In this document: piece after piece, positions 1 to 8,630 of the stretch
Layout of the letters: every line of letters starts with the position of its first letter
Position numbering within the stretch: the first letter of the stretch is position 1
From: Coxiellaceae bacterium UBA6002
Lineage (GTDB): Bacteria; Pseudomonadota; Gammaproteobacteria; UBA6002
Direction of reading: 5' to 3'
DNA: 64,000 nucleotides
Assembly: GCA_002429595.1 (NCBI GenBank)
Contig: DJAM01000060.1
Location: 1,636-65,635, forward strand
Made by a program: the position numbers and the translations under genes
The notes under the pieces: model-generated
Database searches by the model: none
What the model was told of the DNA's origin: nothing
The model's input: the letters and a program-made list of their open reading frames with translations, nothing else

Positions 1-185
1 TAGTGTCTTATGTGATGGAAAGTGTGAAGAGAGTAACCCGGCGTAAGCATTTGCCTACAAAAAAATCAGCTTGCTACCATTTAATTGTTTGCTATTTTTT
101 AGTAAAACTTTAGGCTTATCCTATTTCGAACTAGGCTACATTAGTGCAGCTAATTAATTATTTTTATAAATTTTCGAGGTTTTAA

Positions 186-596
186 GTGTCGAGTCACAAT
201 ACAGTAGAGATAGTGAATTGGAAACAAGCATTAGAAACTGCCAAAGCTGATCCAGTAGTAAAGATTCGAATTGCTCCTCTCACCAAAAATGAAGCATTTT
301 CTATGTATGTCACCGAAATTGCTCCGGGGAAAAAAGTTGGAGCTCATTATCACCAGGAAGGTGTAGAAGTTTACGAAATTCTCAAAGGCAAAGGAACGTT
401 GCATACAGCAATTCCTAATCAAGAAAATATTCCAATCAACACCAAATCTCAACTTGTAGAGGCTGGTGACTTTTTTGAAATTAATTCAGGCACGATTCAT
501 CAGCTTGAGAATACAGGTGACGAGCCATTAGTTTTAGTGTTTGGTTGTCCTGCAACACATTTAAGCACGGATAGAATTATCACTGAAGATCTTTAG
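186..596 (+). CDS. Cupin-domain protein
   Basis: 136 aa with cupin motifs GAHYHQEGVEVYEILKG and IHQLENTG. GTG start with GAGG upstream. Confidence 0.7.
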   Translation: MSSHNTVEIVNWKQALETAKADPVVKIRIAPLTKNEAFSMYVTEIAPGKKVGAHYHQEGVEVYEILKGKGTLHTAIPNQENIPINTKSQLVEAGDFFEINSGTIHQLENTGDEPLVLVFGCPATHLSTDRIITEDL

Positions 597-605
597 CATG
601 AGGTC

Positions 606-1337
606 ATGATTTCAATGAGCTCTGAAGTTGATCCAAAACTAAAAGCTTTATTTGATCAAATGCCTGGTGCTTGGGGTTGTAAAGATGAAAATTCTGTCTT
701 CATGTATGCCAATGAGGAATATGGGAAAATCATTGGGCTTGAACATCATAATGATGCAATCGGTTTAACAGATTTTGATATGCCTTGTGACACTATAAAT
801 TGTGCCCATTTATTCAGAGAGCAAGATAAGCAAGTTATTCTTTCAGCGCAAAGAATGAGAATTCTTGATATTCATCCTTTTGCAGGTCACCAATGGCGTG
901 CTTATATTTTTACAAAAACTCCTCTTGTTGATAAAACAAATAACATCACTGGCACTATATTTCATGGACTAAATATCACTCATTCTACCATGGTTGAGTT
1001 GGGTTCCGTTCTGGCAAGAATTTCCGAAAATGGCACTAAAAATGAATTATTAGGTCAGAGCAGTTATATGCTTGGTAATAAATTCGATAATATAAAGCTC
1101 AGTGATAGGCAGTCAGAAGTATTATTTTATTTATTGCGTGGAAAAACAATTAAACAAATTGCAGTCCTGCTGAATTTATCTTCTCGAACGACAGAAGATT
1201 ATCTAGAGCAATTAAAGAATAAGTTTAATGCTTCAAACAGATACGAGTTAATCGATACGGCGATTAGCTTAGGCTATTTAAATACCATCCCTGAGAGATT
1301 GTTTAATCAGCAATTATCCCTCATTTTAAGTGATTAG
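606..1337 (+). CDS. PAS-like sensor / LuxR-family HTH transcriptional regulator
   Basis: The C-terminal segment LSDRQSEVLFYLLRGKTIKQIAVLLNLSSRTTEDYLEQLKNKF is a GerE/LuxR HTH. The N-terminal ~130 aa look PAS-like. This is the architecture typical of Legionella LuxR-type regulators. Confidence 0.75.
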   Translation: MISMSSEVDPKLKALFDQMPGAWGCKDENSVFMYANEEYGKIIGLEHHNDAIGLTDFDMPCDTINCAHLFREQDKQVILSAQRMRILDIHPFAGHQWRAYIFTKTPLVDKTNNITGTIFHGLNITHSTMVELGSVLARISENGTKNELLGQSSYMLGNKFDNIKLSDRQSEVLFYLLRGKTIKQIAVLLNLSSRTTEDYLEQLKNKFNASNRYELIDTAISLGYLNTIPERLFNQQLSLILSD

Positions 1338-1353
1338 TTCACAACAGTTTCAT

Positions 1354-1406
1354 CTAATAGGAAAGATTTTTAATATATTAAAAATCTTTCCTATTAGTAT
1401 TTTTCT
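1354..1406. terminator. Perfect 44-bp palindrome followed by a T-run; likely rho-independent terminator of the LuxR gene
   Basis: CTAATAGGAAAGATTTTTAATATATTAAAAATCTTTCCTATTAG (1354-1397) is its own reverse complement and is followed by TATTTTT. It lies 17 nt after the stop at 1337. Confidence 0.6.
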
Positions 1407-1513
1407 GAAATCTATACCGTAGTTAAAACGGGGCTATTACTACGGTACAAACATCTATGTTTAATGTGTAAAATTTATATACTAAATTTTAATCCAGCTA
1501 CATTTTAAATTAT

Positions 1514-1762
1514 ATGAATCTGTCCAAATCGATTAATAAATTCACCTCTTCGTTTAGTCATGAAATGATCCTTAAACTATTGGGTTACGGTTTTACTAAA
1601 AAAAGCATTGCACAGAAAATCGGTTGTTCAGTTAACGCTCTGGATAATGTTTTAGCACGTAGAACAAAGAACTTATCTTTACCATTTTTTGGAAAAATTC
1701 TTAACTTGTATTGTAAGCATTACATTCTCAATCAAGAAAGTAAAAAGAATTTTATAGAATAA
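1514..1762 (+). CDS. Small putative HTH DNA-binding protein
   Basis: 82 aa. The segment TKKSIAQKIGCSVNALDNVLAR looks like a helix-turn-helix. No closer family recognised. Confidence 0.4.
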   Translation: MNLSKSINKFTSSFSHEMILKLLGYGFTKKSIAQKIGCSVNALDNVLARRTKNLSLPFFGKILNLYCKHYILNQESKKNFIE

Positions 1763-1802
1763 ATACTCTCTTCAAAAAAAACCGAAATCCACAACACATG
1801 TT

Positions 1803-3338
1803 GTGAGGTTATTGAGTAGCATGGATGTCTGTTGTTTTGACAATGATGAGGCAGCCATGGAATTACATGGGATATTTAAGTTTATAAAATACTTTGGATC
1901 ACAACAAGCCGCCGCTGAAGCCATTGGTATAAAACAACAGGCGATTAGTAATTGGATTGCACGTGGCAAAATACCTTTTGAGCAAGTTCTAAGAATAGTT
2001 TGTGCAACAAAACGATTTATTGAACCTCATGAATTAGTACCCTATGAAAAAGAAATGAATAAAATCCTTGATGATTTGGTTCAACTTTATAGCAATACTT
2101 TTCCACAAAAACAGCTCATTACTTCTCATTCATCAAACGGTGCTTCTACTTATCAAGAAACTCAGCCCACAGGATCAATAATCACTAACTCTTCGATGAC
2201 TAATAATTCTCAGTACTTCGAACTTCTTCTTCCTTGGTACAAGCAAGATATTAAAGCACTTATTTTAATTAACACAGAGGAAAAAACAATGATGAGAGAC
2301 TATTCGAAAATATCGCCCCAATTTTGGGTTGGTAAAACGGGACGAGAAATTCGTCAATTAGGTCTGGAGGCACGTATGCTGGCATTGTATCTTTTGACTT
2401 GTCCACACGCCAATATGTTAGGCATTTATTATCTGCCCATCGCTTATATCGTTCACGATGCTGAAATGAATACTGATGCTGTGACTGACGCATTAGACAA
2501 ATTAACTGAGATTGGTTTTTGCACCTACGATGATCAGGCTGAGTATGTATGGGTTCATGAAATGGCTATACATCAGATTTCAGATCAGTTGGAAGAAAGA
2601 GACAAACGTGTAAAGGCAGTTAATGATATTTATCATTCTTTGCCGGAATTAATATTCTTAAACCATTTTTACAAAAAGTACAAAAACATATTTCATTTAC
2701 AACCGCGTAAAGAAGAATCCACTGGCTATCAAGACGAGATTTTAGATAAAAATCCCACAACACCTGTTGTAAATGAAGAAAATCACCCCTTCGAAGGGGC
2801 TTCGAAGGCCCTTCGAAGCCAGGAGCAGGAGCAGGAACAGTATCAGGAGCAAGAACAGAAACAGGAACAGAAACAGGAACAGGAGGAAGAACAGGAGCAG
2901 GAGGGGAAGCACAGGAGAAGTTTGAGGCACCGTCAGGGGTACGCGCTTGAAAAAACTGAATTGCCTGCGCCGCCAACAAATTCCCCTTTATTGTTTGTGA
3001 TTGGCATTCCACTGCGTGATGACAGTGAATTTTTTATTACGCAGGTGATGTTCGATGAGTGGCAGCAGCTTTACCCCTCAGTCGATGTCTTGCAGCTACT
3101 GAAAAATATTCGGGGTTGGAACCTAGCTAATCCAAACAAACGTAAAACGAGGAAAGGTATCTTGCAGCATATCAACCAATGGCTGGCAAAAGAAAATTTA
3201 AAACCCGATGGGAGCTCTATCCTTGAAAAACCAGGAGGAGGTTTTAACTTGTTTGACCACAACACCCAAGTTGCAAATGCATGGTTGGATCAGAATGGAT
3301 CTTTCATGGAAAGGGAGTTAGTCAATGAGGGAGAATGA
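1803..3338 (+). CDS. Cro/YdaS-like HTH fused to a phage replisome-organizer (O-like) protein with an internal QE-rich linker
   Basis: The N-terminal segment GSQQAAAEAIGIKQQAISNWIARGKIPFEQVLRI is a Cro/YdaS-type HTH. The central segment ISPQFWVGKTGREIRQLGLEARMLALYLLTCPHANMLGIYYLP resembles the replisome-organizer N-domain. The true start is uncertain (GTG 1803, ATG 1821 or ATG 1857). Confidence 0.55.
   Translation: MRLLSSMDVCCFDNDEAAMELHGIFKFIKYFGSQQAAAEAIGIKQQAISNWIARGKIPFEQVLRIVCATKRFIEPHELVPYEKEMNKILDDLVQLYSNTFPQKQLITSHSSNGASTYQETQPTGSIITNSSMTNNSQYFELLLPWYKQDIKALILINTEEKTMMRDYSKISPQFWVGKTGREIRQLGLEARMLALYLLTCPHANMLGIYYLPIAYIVHDAEMNTDAVTDALDKLTEIGFCTYDDQAEYVWVHEMAIHQISDQLEERDKRVKAVNDIYHSLPELIFLNHFYKKYKNIFHLQPRKEESTGYQDEILDKNPTTPVVNEENHPFEGASKALRSQEQEQEQYQEQEQKQEQKQEQEEEQEQEGKHRRSLRHRQGYALEKTELPAPPTNSPLLFVIGIPLRDDSEFFITQVMFDEWQQLYPSVDVLQLLKNIRGWNLANPNKRKTRKGILQHINQWLAKENLKPDGSSILEKPGGGFNLFDHNTQVANAWLDQNGSFMERELVNEGE
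2786..2820. repeat. Three 11-bp-phased CTTCGAAGG repeats; the first sits in a perfect 14-bp palindrome
   Basis: TTCGAAG cores start at 2790, 2801 and 2812. CCCCTTCGAAGGGG at 2786-2799 is palindromic. The repeats lie inside the replication-protein ORF. Confidence 0.8.
2821..2904. repeat. 14 tandem purine-rich hexamers (AGGAGC/AGGAAC/AGAAAC) encoding the QEQEQ linker
   Basis: Read directly: aggagc aggagc aggaac agtatc aggagc aagaac agaaac aggaac agaaac aggaac aggagg aagaac aggagc aggagg. Translates as QEQEQEQYQEQEQKQEQKQEQEEEQEQEG. Confidence 0.9.
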
Positions 3339-4008
3339 AAAATCCGATTTTGCGAAGATGCTTACAGCCGTCGCTGAGTTGTATGGCAAGAAAATATCAT
3401 CGACACTGCTCAGTCTCTATTGGGGAGCGCTTGAACGATTTAATTTCACCGAAATTCGGCAGGCGATTACCCAGCATGTCAATAATCCCGATGTAGGTCA
3501 GTTTATGCCAAAACCTGCCGATATTGTTCGTTATCTGGAAGGTGATAGCGACACGCATGGGCTACAGGCCTGGTCCAAAGTGGAATCCTCCATTCGAAGT
3601 GTGGGTAGTTATTCAAGTATTGCATTTGATGATCCCATCATTCATGCAGTGATACATGCAATGGGGGGTTGGTCTAAGCTTTGCGCAACAACCATTAATG
3701 AAATGCCATTTCGTGCCAATGAATTTATTAAACGCTATCAGGGATATTTTCAAAAAAAAATAAGCGCGTATCCAAAATACTTTCCGGGACTCATTGAACA
3801 CCATAACCAGGTAAATGGCTATGAAGATGCAGGTGAAAATCTTGTCTTAGTAGGAAATGAGAGCGCAGCCTTATGCGTCATATCAGATGGGAAGAATCAT
3901 GTTAATCAGAGTATTACAAATAAAATTTTAAAACCAGGCAATATGCTTTACAACAAGTTGACTTTAGACGCTTGTGTTAATGCTGACAGCAAGGAGTCTT
4001 TAAAGTGA
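3325..4008 (+). CDS. G39P-like helicase loader/inhibitor-domain protein (phage replication accessory)
   Basis: The N-terminal segment FAKMLTAVAELYGKKISSTLLSLYWGALERFNFTEIRQAITQHV...MPKPADIV matches my recollection of the loader/inhibitor of phage G40P domain. It overlaps the upstream rep ORF by 14 nt and has a GGGAG RBS. Confidence 0.5.
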   Translation: MRENEKSDFAKMLTAVAELYGKKISSTLLSLYWGALERFNFTEIRQAITQHVNNPDVGQFMPKPADIVRYLEGDSDTHGLQAWSKVESSIRSVGSYSSIAFDDPIIHAVIHAMGGWSKLCATTINEMPFRANEFIKRYQGYFQKKISAYPKYFPGLIEHHNQVNGYEDAGENLVLVGNESAALCVISDGKNHVNQSITNKILKPGNMLYNKLTLDACVNADSKESLK

Positions 4009-4214
4009 ACACAAAAAATCCTCTCATGTTTGAAAAGCTATCACCAAGAGAAAATCAATGTCTTTATTGGACTTTACAAGGGAAAACAGCAAAAGAAGCT
4101 GGGATGATTTTAAACTTAAGCCGACGAACCGTTGAATGTTATTTGAATACTGTCAGAAAAAAATTAGGCATTAAAAAAACTATTGAGGCAATGGTGATTG
4201 ACAGAGAATGCTAA
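4005..4214 (+). CDS. HTH-only LuxR/GerE-family regulator (69 aa)
   Basis: LSPRENQCLYWTLQGKTAKEAGMILNLSRRTVECYLNTVRKKLG. GTG start overlaps the upstream stop, with AAGGAG upstream. Confidence 0.75.
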   Translation: MNTKNPLMFEKLSPRENQCLYWTLQGKTAKEAGMILNLSRRTVECYLNTVRKKLGIKKTIEAMVIDREC

Positions 4215-4305
4215 TCTTTTGTAATAATTTTTTCGAGCTATTTTCAGTATTTTTACAGGAATGACGGCTATAAAAATTCAAGGCAAAATAAATTAACAAT
4301 TTATC

Positions 4306-6525
4306 TTGGGAAAAAGTATGGGATTACCAATTTTAGATGTTAGTAAGTTTCTTACTGGAAGAAATAAGCCGCCTGTTCTACAAAAATACAAAAGCCTATC
4401 GCCCGCATCTTTAAAAATTTTGCTTGATGCAAATGCTCACTATGATCAGATTCCTCACATTTTTATCGGTCTTAGCGGTAAAAGTTTTCAGGCCCACCAA
4501 AAAGATTTAATTGAGTCAGCTAAAGAGCTTGATTCTTCAAAATTTAAGGAGAATAAAAAGCTTTACTTAAGTGATGTGATGCGAAAAAAAATGCATGAGT
4601 GGCATGTCAGGCAACATAAGATGCTCAGTCACGACGCTGAATGGAAGAAACTATACGATAGCTGCAAAACAAAAACACAACAAGATAAGCTTAATGCATT
4701 GAAAGCAAGCTGGTTTAAGCAGGCAAGATTTTCTTTTTATACGAGCCAAGCATTACTTGAAACCGCTGAAAACTATATTCCCGTTTTTGAAAGCTATTTA
4801 AAATTACTTCGCTTCGAGTATCAAAAATTTAAAAATCAAATACATTGGTCAGATAAAAAACACATTAAAAATTACATGTCCGTGTTGGCAAGCAGTATTC
4901 AAAAAGAAAGAGAAGAGATCGCTGAAGGGATGTTATCACGGTTGAAAGTGGCATCAAGTAGTAGAGATCTATGCAGTGATGATGTCACTTACCATTTAGC
5001 AAGTGCACTTAAAAAAATGGGTGTGCTCAAAGAAACCTATTCTCTACCTACACATCCTCGTCGCGATCTGGATAATAATACGTTTCATGTGTTCGTCAAT
5101 TTTATTCATAGGCATGGCTCAAAAGAGCAGGTAAATTATCTTTCCAGCTTAAGCTGCCATAAGTCTGATGAGAAATATATGGTCATAAATCAAAAATCAA
5201 GTTTCATTGTAGTGCCAAAAGAATTTGAAAAGAACATTCAACCCACTTCTTTTTTATCTAAAATATTTGGACAAGATAAGTCTACTTTTTTCAAGCAGAA
5301 CTTTGACTTGATTACTCATCTTAGATTTCCGCCAAAACCAAAAGCCGAATTTAAAACACTTTTTGAGTTTTATCAAAATAACCGCTGGCAAGAGCTTTGT
5401 CAGTTAGAAAAAGATATCGTAGATAAACTTGACTTAGTTGAGGAACAAAAACCTGGTGGCTTTTGGGGAAAAGTTTTTAGCAGTGAAAAGCGTAAGTTTT
5501 TAACGAGTTGGCAATTGTATTTGGCGAATCAACAAACATTCATTCTAAATGAAATGTTGGACTACGCAGCCTTTATTACCTCACAGCTTAAAACAAGACA
5601 TATGCTCGGTTTGGATCAGGAAGAGATGTGCGCAAAGCATTTTCAATCCTATCTTAGAAAGTTCAATGAGGATATTTTAACCGCCATTAATCACTCTCCT
5701 GTGTCAGCTAGTGACTTACCCGCCTATCAAGAATTCTTATACTATGTTGAAAAGACACTAGCATTGCCGGGTGAACTTGAAAGATTAAAAGCTGAGCAAC
5801 TAGAAGAACAGAAGAAACAAGCTAACGTGCTATATGAAGTGAGTGCTTGCCTCTTACCAACTCAGGATCAAGCAACGATTTTGCCACTGCCTGCCGATAC
5901 TGATGAAACGATAGATGAAAACCCGTTTAGCCCAATTCCAGAAGATGATTGCTCAAAAGAACTGCAAGTTGTTCTTTCGAAATTAATTCCCAAAGATTCT
6001 GTTTTCAATCATCAGAGTAAAGAATTCAATGAATTAGTGACCCACTTGGAAGCAGTTTATGAAGTCTATAAGCTTAACTGTAGCCCTCGATTGAGAATGG
6101 AAGGTGAGTTAGAAAAGACAATGAATACGTTATTTGAGGTTTACTTGCGAACCTGGATATCAACTAGCGAAGAAGAAAAGGAAGTAACTTGCAAAGGCTT
6201 ATCACTTTTTGCTGACGTTTTAAGCCAAATAGCTCCCAAATTGATTAGCGACCCTATTCAAGACCTTAAAAAAATACTCGAAGAGTATGGCTGGTTTGCT
6301 TTTCAAGCAAAATGCCACGGCTTACTTATCAGTTTAGGTAATACATCGTTAACTGAGGATGAAAGCTTAAAAACCTTAGAATCGTTGCTGCCTAGCTCAA
6401 GAATTTTGGTGACAAATTCAGCTGACAACAGAAGTAGTCATTGCAATGCATCATCCTTCTTTTTCCATCGAGAAAGAAAAGAAAGAGTTGAAAGAGAAAC
6501 ATTACCCGTGGTTCTTGCCTATTAA
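4306..6525 (+). CDS. Large hypothetical soluble K/E-rich protein (orphan; possible T4SS substrate)
   Basis: Long uninterrupted ORF with no recognisable motif and no TM segment. The start may be ATG 4318 rather than TTG 4306. The 3' end overlaps an open +1 frame. Confidence 0.55.
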   Translation: MGKSMGLPILDVSKFLTGRNKPPVLQKYKSLSPASLKILLDANAHYDQIPHIFIGLSGKSFQAHQKDLIESAKELDSSKFKENKKLYLSDVMRKKMHEWHVRQHKMLSHDAEWKKLYDSCKTKTQQDKLNALKASWFKQARFSFYTSQALLETAENYIPVFESYLKLLRFEYQKFKNQIHWSDKKHIKNYMSVLASSIQKEREEIAEGMLSRLKVASSSRDLCSDDVTYHLASALKKMGVLKETYSLPTHPRRDLDNNTFHVFVNFIHRHGSKEQVNYLSSLSCHKSDEKYMVINQKSSFIVVPKEFEKNIQPTSFLSKIFGQDKSTFFKQNFDLITHLRFPPKPKAEFKTLFEFYQNNRWQELCQLEKDIVDKLDLVEEQKPGGFWGKVFSSEKRKFLTSWQLYLANQQTFILNEMLDYAAFITSQLKTRHMLGLDQEEMCAKHFQSYLRKFNEDILTAINHSPVSASDLPAYQEFLYYVEKTLALPGELERLKAEQLEEQKKQANVLYEVSACLLPTQDQATILPLPADTDETIDENPFSPIPEDDCSKELQVVLSKLIPKDSVFNHQSKEFNELVTHLEAVYEVYKLNCSPRLRMEGELEKTMNTLFEVYLRTWISTSEEEKEVTCKGLSLFADVLSQIAPKLISDPIQDLKKILEEYGWFAFQAKCHGLLISLGNTSLTEDESLKTLESLLPSSRILVTNSADNRSSHCNASSFFFHRERKERVERETLPVVLAY

Positions 6526-6544
6526 AAAGTTTAAGGAGACCAAA

Positions 6545-7366
6545 GTGTCAATCATCGAACGCTTAAAAAAAGATATTGAAAAAGCAGTTGCTAATTTCGT
6601 TAAACAAAATGGAAATTTATCTCAAGAAAGACAAGTGAATCTAAGACAGATATGGGAAATTTTGCAAAGTGAAAATCCTACTACTATCAGAGACGAATTG
6701 GTTAACACGGTGGAAAATCTTTCAACTGGTATAACGAAGTTATGGCCTTTTCTAGAAGTGAATAAATTTAAAAACGTATTGCGTGATGTCATTAATCTAC
6801 CCATTTACTCTGAAACCGCAATACTTAAGGCCCTTGTCGCTGAAGGAGGTGGGCATTCCTTACTTGATAGATCCACTCAATTAACTACCGATGCCAAACT
6901 TGTCGCGCGATTGGATAGATTGGAAAAAGTGATGATTTTTCAAGGTCATGAGATATCTGCTCTGCAGAATGAGATCTCTCGTCTTAAAACTGAAAACCTA
7001 TACTTAACTAAAACCATATCAATGTTATCTGAAAAAAATAAGCAATTGACGTTTGATTGCCAAAAACTTCAAGATGCAAAATCCAAAGCAGAACAAGATG
7101 CGAGTAAATTAAAATTAGATTACGAGCAACTACAAAAAGAAAATAGGGCGCTTAAAAAACAGCTTCAAACCTTAACGAATCCACCTAGCTCTGAAGAAGT
7201 GAAACAAACAGTTGCAACTCAAGCCTCTAAAAGTAATCCACTCCTACCCGTTAGAAAGCAATTTTCAAGTTGTAAGCTTGAGAGGGCAAGTGATTATTTT
7301 CAATTAGAGAATCTAGATGAATCCGGGAAACAGGGCTCCCGACGAAGTCTTTCTCTTATGACCTAA
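6545..7366 (+). CDS. Coiled-coil hypothetical protein
   Basis: Heptad-like stretch LQNEISRLKTENLYLTKTISMLSEKNKQLTFDCQKLQDAKSKAEQDASKLKLDYEQLQKENRALKKQLQ. I prefer GTG 6545 (GGAG 8 nt upstream) over ATG 6446, which would overlap the previous ORF by 80 nt. Confidence 0.5.
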   Translation: MSIIERLKKDIEKAVANFVKQNGNLSQERQVNLRQIWEILQSENPTTIRDELVNTVENLSTGITKLWPFLEVNKFKNVLRDVINLPIYSETAILKALVAEGGGHSLLDRSTQLTTDAKLVARLDRLEKVMIFQGHEISALQNEISRLKTENLYLTKTISMLSEKNKQLTFDCQKLQDAKSKAEQDASKLKLDYEQLQKENRALKKQLQTLTNPPSSEEVKQTVATQASKSNPLLPVRKQFSSCKLERASDYFQLENLDESGKQGSRRSLSLMT

Positions 7367-7508
7367 TTAAAAGTATATGGGGAGCAATTAAACAGTAGGG
7401 GTCACTATAGCAAAACCAATCAAGCATTAGGATCTGCTATTTGTTTCCTACAAAATAATTTTCAGTAAAATAAACAAAGTAAAAAAAATTAAAAAAAGCA
7501 AAACGAAA

Positions 7509-7787
7509 ATGAGTTTATCCATGATAAAGAATGGTAGTAATAATGCAGGATCCACTGATGCAAAATTATCTCCTCGCGAAAGAGAGTGTCTCTATTGGAT
7601 TTCACAGGGTAAAACAATTGAAGAAACGGCCATGATACTTGGTATAAAGTATGGAACTGTCGTGGGCTATGTTCGAAGTCTTAAAGAAAAAATGAATTGT
7701 AACACATTGGCACATCTAGTTTTTAAAGCAATGAAATTAGAGATTATTTTTTTTGACAAAAGCAATCCTCAAAAAGTGGGGGAATGA
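7509..7787 (+). CDS. HTH-only LuxR/GerE-family regulator (92 aa) just upstream of virB2
   Basis: LSPRERECLYWISQGKTIEETAMILGIKYGTVVGYVRSLKEKM, a paralogue of the 4005-4214 product. Confidence 0.75.
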   Translation: MSLSMIKNGSNNAGSTDAKLSPRERECLYWISQGKTIEETAMILGIKYGTVVGYVRSLKEKMNCNTLAHLVFKAMKLEIIFFDKSNPQKVGE

Positions 7788-7968
7788 CGTTTGAGATTAT
7801 TTATTTAAAATGATGCTTGAGAACGTTTTGGTTACTACCAAGAAGTAATTTGACTACGTATTTTTAGTAAGTAAATTTATCTGACGCGTTAATCAAATAG
7901 AATGATTTTAGTGAATTGAATAATAAGTTAACACCAGTGATCTTGTTTTACAGTAAAAATATTAGGAT

Positions 7969-8304
7969 ATGAACATGAGTCGATTGAAGCATTTATTGTC
8001 GGAATATTCCAAGCATTGCCAATGGTCATTGCTCATAAAGATGAGCGTATTTTACATTTTCGGCCTCTATATGACCCAAGCATTAGCCTATGGTGGTGAT
8101 GTGTCAACTATTGATACTGCCTTGCAAGGACTTATTGACATTCTGACAGGGAAAACTGCAAGACTCATTGCTGTATTAACGATTGCCGGCGTAGGGTATA
8201 TGACTTTATGTGGAAGATTACCTATTAAGCATGCTGTCTATGTCTGTTTAGGTATTGGCATCATATTTGGTGCCACATCGATCGCTAGCCTTCTTGGAGC
8301 TTAA
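7969..8304 (+). CDS. virB2: T4SS pilin VirB2/TrbC family
   Basis: 111 aa with two hydrophobic helices. First gene of the virB-ordered operon, 3 nt before virB3. Confidence 0.7.
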   Translation: MNMSRLKHLLSEYSKHCQWSLLIKMSVFYIFGLYMTQALAYGGDVSTIDTALQGLIDILTGKTARLIAVLTIAGVGYMTLCGRLPIKHAVYVCLGIGIIFGATSIASLLGA

Positions 8305-8307
8305 AGA

Positions 8308-8598
8308 ATGGATGAGCCAATTGCGCAGCATCCACTCTTTGTCGGATTAACAAGACCGCCCATGTATTTTGGCGTAACACTGAATTTTTTTATGATCAAT
8401 GGTTTTATTTGTTTAGTGTTGTTTGTTGCGACCATACGAAGTTTATTAGCACTTAGTCTTTTTGGATTATTGCACGGTATTGGTTATCTGTGTTGCCGAG
8501 TTGATTGCTATCTCTTTCATGTATTATGGGGAAAATTTGCCTATTTAAACAATAAAAATCGAACTTTTTGGCAATGTCAAAGCTACGACCCTTATTAA
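8308..8598 (+). CDS. virB3: T4SS protein VirB3
   Basis: 96 aa with an LFVGLTRPPMYFGV motif, a TM hairpin and the expected position. Confidence 0.75.
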   Translation: MDEPIAQHPLFVGLTRPPMYFGVTLNFFMINGFICLVLFVATIRSLLALSLFGLLHGIGYLCCRVDCYLFHVLWGKFAYLNNKNRTFWQCQSYDPY

Positions 8599-8630
8599 GA
8601 TAAAACTTAACAAAATAAAGGTACATCAAT

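Noticed and set aside
2821-2904. Possibility that the tandem repeat array is a CRISPR-like or minisatellite element.
   Set aside because: The units are 6 bp with no spacers, in frame, and encode a QE linker. This is not CRISPR architecture.
2620-3012. 130-aa and 62-aa minus-strand ORFs across the QE repeat.
   Set aside because: These are mirror-image products of the hexamer repeat (poly-L/F/P low complexity). The + strand frame is continuous with flanking conserved domains.
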